A DNA stretch of 32,000 nt from contig NZ_JAYKGW010000013.1 in assembly GCF_035285525.1 (NCBI RefSeq), forward strand, positions 1 to 32,000, read 5' to 3'. Below the pieces are notes generated by a model. It did not search any database. It had not been told where the DNA came from and was given only the letters and a program-made list of their open reading frames with translations. The stretch comes from Okeania sp. Lineage in GTDB: Bacteria > Cyanobacteriota > Cyanobacteriia > Cyanobacteriales > Microcoleaceae. Positions 26,016 through 32,000 of the stretch are shown piece after piece. The position numbers and the translations under genes were made by a program. Numbering within the stretch: the stretch's first letter is position 1; each line of letters begins with the position of its first letter.

Positions 26016-27029
26016 ATGAAAGTAAAATTCTCTCAAAACAGACAAAAATTTCAATTTAAAAAATTACTCAATAATTCCATAAAATTACAATATCTGAAGA
26101 AAAAAATGACAAATTTAGGTTTGGATATATTACCTAGAAAAGGAAAACCTTTAGCAACAATAATTGCAGCTAGTGGTAGTTTTTTTATAGGCATTTTACT
26201 TGCCATAAATATATTAGCTAACCAACAACCAACTGTAACTACAAAAAATAAAATAGATAACCAAGAGAACCAATTAAAAACAATTAAAATTAGTTCAATT
26301 GTTGCTCAAAATATTCAGACAACTAGACAGAAACTTAGGGAATTAGAATTAAAAACTTTTAACTTTAGTGTACCAAAAAGGTTTGAAGGAGAAACAGTTA
26401 GAAATATTACTCTGAAAAACCAACAAAAAGTTATAGCTTTAACATTCGATGACGGTCCTTGGGATAAAACCACCGAACAGATATTAGATATTCTCAAAAA
26501 AAATGAAATTCAAGCCACTTTTTTTGTAATTGGTAAACATTTAAAAGAACGTCAAGAAATAGGCAAAAAAATTGTAGAAGCAGGACACATTATTGCTAAT
26601 CACACATGGAACCATCCTTCTCAAAGCAATAAAATGAGTCCAGACCGCATTAAAAGTGAAATTGGACGTACTGCAAAACTTATATATGAAGTTACAGGTA
26701 GGACTACTCATCTATTTCGACCTCCTGCAGGAGTTCTAGAGAATGGTTTAGTTGATTATGCTCAAGAGCGCAAACACTCTGTCGTCTTATGGTCTGCTGA
26801 TTCTAAAGACTGGTATGAAAGGTCAGTTGAACAAGTTACCAAAAATGTTTTAGAAAAAGCTAGCAACGGTGGAATTGTATTGCTACATGATGGTGGTGGT
26901 CCAAGAGACCATGTTGTAGAAGCTTTACCCGATATTATTGCCGGTTTGAAACAACAAGATTATGAGTTTGTCACAATACCAGAGCTTTTAACTATGAAGG
27001 ATAAAGAATTAAGTAAGCAGGAGCATTGA
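26016..27029 (+). CDS. Polysaccharide deacetylase family protein (NodB homology domain) with an N-terminal membrane anchor
   Basis: ALTFDDGPW, ATFFVIGKH, IANHTWNHPS, LFRPPAG and VLLHDGGG motifs. A TM helix lies at residues 45-68 of the ORF-track protein. ATG 26016 directly abuts a repeat end, so ATG 26106 (MTNLGLD) is an equally plausible start. Confidence 0.88.
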   Translation: MKVKFSQNRQKFQFKKLLNNSIKLQYLKKKMTNLGLDILPRKGKPLATIIAASGSFFIGILLAINILANQQPTVTTKNKIDNQENQLKTIKISSIVAQNIQTTRQKLRELELKTFNFSVPKRFEGETVRNITLKNQQKVIALTFDDGPWDKTTEQILDILKKNEIQATFFVIGKHLKERQEIGKKIVEAGHIIANHTWNHPSQSNKMSPDRIKSEIGRTAKLIYEVTGRTTHLFRPPAGVLENGLVDYAQERKHSVVLWSADSKDWYERSVEQVTKNVLEKASNGGIVLLHDGGGPRDHVVEALPDIIAGLKQQDYEFVTIPELLTMKDKELSKQEH

Positions 27030-27049
27030 CTTAATCACAGAATAATAAT

Positions 27050-28070
27050 AGAGTTGTTGGGAAATCAAGGTAAAATTAAGTTAAGAAGAAATTGGTGCTT
27101 AGAAATGCTAAATATAAAACGGGCCTGAAAACAGGATAGGTTACTCAGAGCATTAACATTCCTTAAATCGTAAAGCATTTCAATCCTTACTCTTAACCTT
27201 TTCTCAAGTATATGAGCAAACATTTGAGAAACAAACCTCGTCAACGCTCTGTTGGAGGAGGCCGTAAGGCTCCTTTACCCACTGTTGAAGACAAATTATT
27301 TTATATCCTCTTCTACTTGAAATGTTATCCCACCTTTGATTTGGCTAGTATTCTGTTTGACATGGACCGTCACACATAATTGGTCTCATCGCTTACAGCC
27401 TATATTAGAAGCAGGGAGAAAAAAAGCACTACCAGAACGCCAAATCAACAGTGTCCAAGCATTTATAGAACGTTTTCCTGGAGTAGAACGAGTAGTAATG
27501 GATGGCACTTCAGTGGCCGATGCAACGACCCACTGACTCAGAAAAACCAAAACTGAATTATTCAGGAAAAAAAAGCGTCATACCCGTAAACACCTAGCAG
27601 CAGTAGACCAAAACAAACAAGTGCTGGTATTGAGCCAAGCAAGAGAAGGAAAATTACATGACAAGAAACTACATGACCAAGAAAAGTTGATAGGAAATAT
27701 ACTAGGGGAGATACCAATTGAAGTAGATAGTGGGTTTCAAGGTATTCAACACCAGTATAAAAATATCCACATACCCCATAAGAAACCAAAAGGGGGAGAA
27801 TTAACTGAACAGCAACGCCTTGAAAATCGGACATTAAGTCAATCTAGAGTGATATATATGTGAAAACGCCTTTGCGGGTATCAAGCGCTATGGGGCTGTT
27901 AATCAGATTTCCCGTAATCATAAGTATGATTTTGATGAAAAATTAATGTTAACAGCAACTGGACTATGGAACCTGTACCTGATGGCAGCATAAATAATAA
28001 AATCACGGTCTCAAAATTGATTAGTTTGATTTTCATTGTTCGCTAACCTAAGTTATTTCCCAACAACTCT
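27050..28070 (+). mobile_element. IS5-superfamily insertion sequence of the DDE_Tnp_4 (PIF/Harbinger-like) type, decayed
   Basis: Inverted repeats AGAGTTGTTGGGAAAT (27050-27065) and ATTTCCCAACAACTCT (28055-28070), flanked on both sides by AAT. That may be a 3-bp target duplication, but the sequence is low complexity. Confidence 0.8.
27212..27993 (+). pseudogene. DDE_Tnp_4-type transposase, interrupted by stops and frameshifts
   Basis: N-terminal LPTVEDKLFYILFYLKCYPTFDLASILFDMDR ends at a stop at 27377-27379. Later pieces (VVMDGTS; YSGKKKRHTRKH; KLHDKKL...VDSGFQGIQHQYKNIHIPHKKPKGGELTEQQRLENRTLSQSRV; ENAFAGIKRYGAV) lie in different frames. Confidence 0.8.
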
Positions 28071-28252
28071 AATGTAAAGTCCTAGGTTTTTGACCTTTTG
28101 CGACAGAAAAATTGATACTTTTTCCAGATATAAAAAGCCTAAGACTTTTTTCTGTCAATACTTCTAGATTTATTCAGCCAGCCCTACTTAAAGCACAAAA
28201 CACGAATCTTTAATTTTAGTTCCGTCCGCTTAGTTGAGATTCCAGAAATACC

Positions 28253-29065
28253 ATGTCTAAAATCATCAATGAATTAACTGGTGTACCTCGCACCTTACTT
28301 TTGCCACTAAGGGGACGAGCTGAAACACAAAATCATCCCCATCCCCTCTTTCAAGATCCACTAGCTGTTGAATGGTTAAAACTTGTAGGTTGGAATCAAG
28401 AACTAGACCTACTTTATGGTAAAGCTGCTAAAGTTTCTAGTATTGTGGTTGCTATCCGAACTTATCACCATGACCAAATAGCATCTTCTCATATTGCTAA
28501 TCATTCTTATCCTGTTGTTGTAGAATTAGGATCTGGATTATCTAGTCGTTTTCATCGGATAGGACAAAATGCTTATCGTTGGTTCGAGCTAGATTTGCCT
28601 GTGGTAACTGAATTACGTTCTAAGTTAGATACACAGACAGAACAACATCAGTTTATTGGTGCATCAGTTATGGATTTTGATTGGATGGATGCTTTACCAA
28701 AGGTAGCACCAGAAAATATTTTATTTATTGCAGAAGGTTTGTTAATGTACTTAGAGGTAAATGAAGTTCAGCAACTGATATATGTAATGCAGTCTCGTTT
28801 TCCTGGTGCTACTTTAGATTTAGAAATTGTCGGAATTTCTACCAAAATATCTAATAAAATATTTACTCAAATTGGAGCGCCTCTAAAATGGTTTGTCAAG
28901 AATCAAGAAGATTTAACAGCTATGGGATTAAAAGTAATTAATTCTTGGTCTATGTATCAACTATATGTAGAATATTGGCCTTGGTACTGGAAATTGCTTT
29001 TAAGATTCTTAACTCAATTTCCCTATTTTCGTAATACTTATCAGATTGTAGAAGCGAAACTTTAA
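28253..29065 (+). CDS. Class I SAM-dependent methyltransferase (LCM/TcmP-like O-methyltransferase family)
   Basis: RTLLLPLRGRA, DPLAVEW, VVELGSGLSSRF (SAM motif I), WFELDLP and FIAEGLLMYL are characteristic of the COG3315-type methyltransferases as I recall them. Confidence 0.8.
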   Translation: MSKIINELTGVPRTLLLPLRGRAETQNHPHPLFQDPLAVEWLKLVGWNQELDLLYGKAAKVSSIVVAIRTYHHDQIASSHIANHSYPVVVELGSGLSSRFHRIGQNAYRWFELDLPVVTELRSKLDTQTEQHQFIGASVMDFDWMDALPKVAPENILFIAEGLLMYLEVNEVQQLIYVMQSRFPGATLDLEIVGISTKISNKIFTQIGAPLKWFVKNQEDLTAMGLKVINSWSMYQLYVEYWPWYWKLLLRFLTQFPYFRNTYQIVEAKL

Positions 29066-29072
29066 ATCATCA

Positions 29073-29114
29073 ATAATTAATAATTAATAATTAACAATTA
29101 ATAATTAATAATTA
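29073..29114. repeat. (AATTAAT)n heptamer array
   Basis: AATAATTAATAATTAATAATTAACAATTAATAATTAATAATTA directly after the methyltransferase stop. Confidence 0.85.
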
Positions 29115-29125
29115 GGGCTTCCTGA

Positions 29126-29289
29126 CTAGACAGTGCAAAGTTCTGGAAATAACTATTGCTAGCTAAGGCTTTTAGGTATTTAAAAGTTACAAACTTTCTA
29201 TTGAGAATAGTAGGTTGTGTAAGCATCTGTCAGTAATAGTTTAACCTTGAAAGCAAATATTTTTTTTAGGAAAACTTTGCACTCTCTAG
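29126..29289. repeat. MITE-like element with CTAGACAGTGCAAAGTT / AACTTTGCACTCTCTAG ends
   Basis: 17-bp arms at 29126-29142 and 29273-29289 (15/17 complementary). No ORF. This is the only copy I can see in the window. Confidence 0.5.
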
Positions 29290-29326
29290 TTCCTGAATAA
29301 AGTCTTTTTATTAGAGTAGGAAGTAG

Positions 29327-30424
29327 TTAGGGTTTGCTGATTTATCGGGAACCGTAAAAGTCTTTTACTGAAAGTAGGCAATGGGCAATGTTTGTAAGTA
29401 TTAATTTTTCTACATTTTTCCTGGTTTTGTCAATAAAAATCTAGAGTTTTCAAGATTAACCTAGTAATTTTTTGGCACTTTTTATGTATGACCTAAAACA
29501 GCTTTTAAGCTTTATCTATCAATACTGTGATTTTCATCAGCAAGCCCTAGTTAAGAGTTAAGATTTACAGGAATTGGAGAAAAGGTGGTCATTCATAATT
29601 GCTGCTTAGTTTTTCTATCATAATTACCCCATTTAGACTCACTTTTTCTGCTCCATAAACCGAAAAGCTGATACTTTTTCAATACCTAAAATTCTTCAAA
29701 CCTTTAATTCTGATTTGCGGAAAAAGTATTTTTAAGAATCTGGGGAAATGGGAATATGGAGAGATGAAGAGATGAAATGGGGAGTAATTTTTTTTCACCC
29801 AACTCTTGCCCAGAATGCTAATTTTTTGAACTAGAGCTATCTAAAAAGTTGCACTTTTTTAGCATAAAATAAAGAGGAAAAACTTTATCTATGAACATTT
29901 TCAAGTTGAATTAGGATTTGCGGAAAAAGTCTTTTTGTCAGGAAGGAGTCAGAATCCAGCAATCCAGCAATCCAGGAGGAATGAGAATTATAGAAAAGTT
30001 AGTGAGAATATTATCCCTTGATTTTTTTGTAATTATTCTGCTCGAAATCCTAACTTTTTGCTTGCTTAAGGTTAAGGTCAAAAAGTTGTATTTTTCCATA
30101 CTAAAAAATGTCAAAAGCTTTGTCAGTAAAAGGTTTTATATTTCCATACGCCAGCCCTAATTAGGGTTTGCGGAAAAAGTCTTTTTGTCAGGAAGGAGAC
30201 AGAAGTCAGCAATCCTAAAATCCAGGAGAAGTAGGGAATTTACACCAAGACAGGAAGAAGAATTATCCCTTAGTTTTTCTGCCAAAGTCAACCAAAATCC
30301 TAGCTTTTTTGCCAATTAATTAAAGAGCAAAAAGCTTGTACTTTTTCCCAACCTAAAAAACCTAAAATATTTATATATTAATCCTTTAATATTTAATCAG
30401 CAAGCCCTAATTAGCAAGCCCTAA
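29327..30424 (+). repeat. Tandem head-to-tail array of about five family E-like units (~160-260 bp each)
   Basis: Unit starts are at 29327 (TTAGGGTTTGC), about 29551, about 29712 (GATTTGCGGAAAAAGT), 29911 (TTAGGATTTGCGGAAAAAGTCTTTTTGTCAGGAAGGAG) and 30161 (TTAGGGTTTGCGGAAAAAGTCTTTTTGTCAGGAAGGAG). The units end in GCAAGCCCTAG, GCCAGCCCTAA or GCAAGCCCTAA. The last two units are clearly alike and the first three are more diverged. Confidence 0.75.
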
Positions 30425-30496
30425 TTGATATTTAACTCTGATTCCTAATTCCTGAATCCTTCACTAAAAAAAACACATATTCTCAAAGATATTTTA

Positions 30497-31744
30497 ATGG
30501 CTTCCATAGCTCGTAAAAATTTATTAGAAGATATTCCTCGATTTCTCGTAGCTCAAGCTGGAATATTATTTGCAGTTAGCTTAGTAACTATTCAAACAGG
30601 AATATTACAAGGGTTTGCCAGTTCCACAACCCTATTAATAGATAAATCCAATGCAGATATTTGGATTGCTTCTGATAAAATGGTTAACTTTGAATTGACA
30701 GATCCCCTGATTTATGCTCAATTGAATCAGGCCAAAAATATCCAAGGTATCCAAAAAGCAGAACCATTAATTTTAGGAGGGGTCAGATGGCGACCTCAAA
30801 ATGGAGAAATGAGTCCATTAATGGTTATTGGATTTAACCCAGATGGACAACTATTTAATTCTGGAAATATTCTTCAGGGCAATATCAAAGACCTAAAAAA
30901 ACCTTTTGCCGTGATGGCTGACCAAAGCAGATTATCAAGTATGCTCTCTAAAGGAATAGGAACAACAGCGATCGCTGGTTCTTTACCAGCAAAATTAGTG
31001 GCAGTAACCAAAGATACTCAGTCAATTGTATCAAGTACCTTATTATTTACATCTTTGGAAAATGCCAATGCTTATATTAATGCAGATATTAAGGCTGAAC
31101 TTAACTGCAAGGTCGCAGGAGCAGGCAATCTACGATGTACAAAAGTCGTAGAGAAAAAAGACCCTACTGAAAAGTTGAAAGAAAAACCTAAACCCAAAAA
31201 ATTAGAAGCAGCAGACCCAATCGCTTATATATTAGTCAAAGCTAAACCTAGTCAAGATTTACAAATATTAAAACAAAGAATAGAAGAGGTAATGACTGAT
31301 ACTGCTGCTTATACTAAAGAAGAATTATCAGAAAAAACTAGATTTTTCTGGTTAGCACGAACCAATATTGGTTTAGTTTTGGGGATGGGAGCAGTGGTAG
31401 GTATAATTGTGGGTATAGTTGTGGTAGCTCAAATTTTGTATTCTTCTGTATCTGACCATATTAAAGAGTTTGGTACTCTTAAAGCAATGGGTGCTTCGGA
31501 TAGAGAATTATATGCAGTAATTGTGGAGCAAGCAATTTGGATGGCAGTTTTGGGTTATATTCCAGGAATGTTAGTTTGTTTAGGATTGAGTGGTTGGGTG
31601 GCTAGTAAGGGAATTATTATTTTAATTACACCTTGGTCGGCACTAGGGGTATTAGGTATAACTGTTGGGATGTGTGTGGGTTCAGCTTTCTTTGCTATTC
31701 AAAAAGTAACTCGCATCGATCCAGCAATTGTATTTAAAGCTTGA
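30497..31744 (+). CDS. ABC transporter permease, DevC family (FtsX-like)
   Basis: N-terminus IARKNLLEDIPRFLVAQAGILFAVSLVTIQ and C-terminal FtsX-type helices (KEFGTLKAMGASDRELY, IDPAIVFKA), as in DevC/MacB-type exporters. It has a Lys-rich insert of about 40 aa in the periplasmic domain. Confidence 0.8.
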   Translation: MASIARKNLLEDIPRFLVAQAGILFAVSLVTIQTGILQGFASSTTLLIDKSNADIWIASDKMVNFELTDPLIYAQLNQAKNIQGIQKAEPLILGGVRWRPQNGEMSPLMVIGFNPDGQLFNSGNILQGNIKDLKKPFAVMADQSRLSSMLSKGIGTTAIAGSLPAKLVAVTKDTQSIVSSTLLFTSLENANAYINADIKAELNCKVAGAGNLRCTKVVEKKDPTEKLKEKPKPKKLEAADPIAYILVKAKPSQDLQILKQRIEEVMTDTAAYTKEELSEKTRFFWLARTNIGLVLGMGAVVGIIVGIVVVAQILYSSVSDHIKEFGTLKAMGASDRELYAVIVEQAIWMAVLGYIPGMLVCLGLSGWVASKGIIILITPWSALGVLGITVGMCVGSAFFAIQKVTRIDPAIVFKA

Positions 31745-31862
31745 TATATTTGGAGAGAGTTTATATCATGTCTGATTGAATTTTTATGCCACAAAAATCT
31801 TATTTCATTTACACTTAACTTTTTAGGCAACTTTCTCAAAGTTAAGTTTTTATTGAATAATA

Positions 31863-31878
31863 ACTATTGTACAACAGT
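31863..31878. promoter_or_regulatory. Variant (15/16) of the ACTATTGTACAATAGT palindrome directly upstream of the HTH gene RBS
   Basis: ACTATTGTACAACAGT is followed by TGAGGAAAAAATC and ATG at 31892. Confidence 0.4.
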
Positions 31879-31891
31879 TGAGGAAAAAATC

Positions 31892-32000
31892 ATGGGTACG
31901 AAAGAAGCATCTCTTTTATTAGGTTTCTCCCGTAAACGTCTGCTAGACTTATTGGGTGAAGGAAGAGTGGAAGGAGCTTATAAAAATGGTAGATTCTGGG
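31892..32000 (+). CDS. Helix-turn-helix DNA-binding protein (excisionase/MerR-like HTH_17 type), partial at the window edge
   Basis: MGTKEASLLLGFSRKRLLDLLGEGRVEGAYKNGRFW. There is a GAGGA RBS 7 nt upstream. The K-EA-LLG-S---L-----G-I-GAYK-GR-W pattern is typical of small excisionase-family HTH proteins. The 3' end lies outside the window. Confidence 0.7.
   Translation, partial: MGTKEASLLLGFSRKRLLDLLGEGRVEGAYKNGRFW

Noticed and set aside
26315-26497. Minus-strand ORF inside the deacetylase gene
   Set aside because: It is an antisense shadow ORF.
27336-27863. ORFs 27336-27536, 27562-27834 (-) and 27621-27863 as independent genes
   Set aside because: The two plus-strand ORFs are fragments of a single decayed DDE_Tnp_4 transposase. 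The minus-strand ORF is its antisense shadow.
29918-30160. 80-codon ORF within the tandem repeat array
   Set aside because: It coincides exactly with one repeat unit, and the neighbouring unit has no equivalent open frame. It has no RBS and gives a low-complexity translation.
29327-30424. CRISPR array interpretation of the tandem repeats (also 25521-26015)
   Set aside because: The units are 160-260 bp and contiguous, with no short conserved repeat alternating with unique spacers. No cas genes are nearby.
1-32000. rRNA, tRNA, tmRNA or a recognisable multi-gene defence, toxin-antitoxin or biosynthetic system
   Set aside because: I found no T-loop/acceptor-like tRNA signatures or rRNA-like stretches. 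All sizeable ORFs are accounted for by unlinked housekeeping functions or transposase remnants, so I cannot support a novel protein-coding system here.

Overview
AT-rich chromosomal segment that looks like a heterocyst-forming (Nostocales-type) cyanobacterium. The evidence is many HIP1 octamers (GCGATCGC), heptameric STRR-like tandem repeats and the cyanobacterial panC-cmk fusion gene. About 16 genes look intact and are mostly functionally unlinked housekeeping genes: dnaK, a DUF4112 membrane protein, ddl, a SUI1/YciH factor, a P1B-2 heavy-metal ATPase, uvrC, an FAD monooxygenase, clpS, purN, a renalase-like oxidoreductase, a YaaW-like protein, panC-cmk, a polysaccharide deacetylase, a SAM methyltransferase, a DevC-type ABC permease and a partial HTH gene at the right edge. 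The intergenic regions are unusually long and filled with at least six families of MITE-like or small dispersed repeats, often nested in each other or arranged in tandem. Three different IS elements (one IS630, two IS5-superfamily types) keep recognisable terminal inverted repeats but have frameshifted transposase genes. Three further loci are decayed: a metallophosphoesterase, a partial purN duplicate and a possible CBM9-like remnant. This resembles the genome erosion described for obligate symbiotic Nostocales such as the Azolla cyanobiont, but that is inference only. I found no rRNA or tRNA genes, no CRISPR array and no recognisable multi-gene defence or biosynthetic system. The most notable observations are: a 16-bp perfect palindrome present in four copies at promoter-proximal positions, one directly upstream of the HTH gene; a five-unit tandem array of a ~250-bp element upstream of the orphan devC-like gene; repeat-derived 3' ends of coding regions; and clean in-phase insertions of very small elements into heptamer arrays. 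All coordinates for repeats are from manual reading and are approximate to a few bases.
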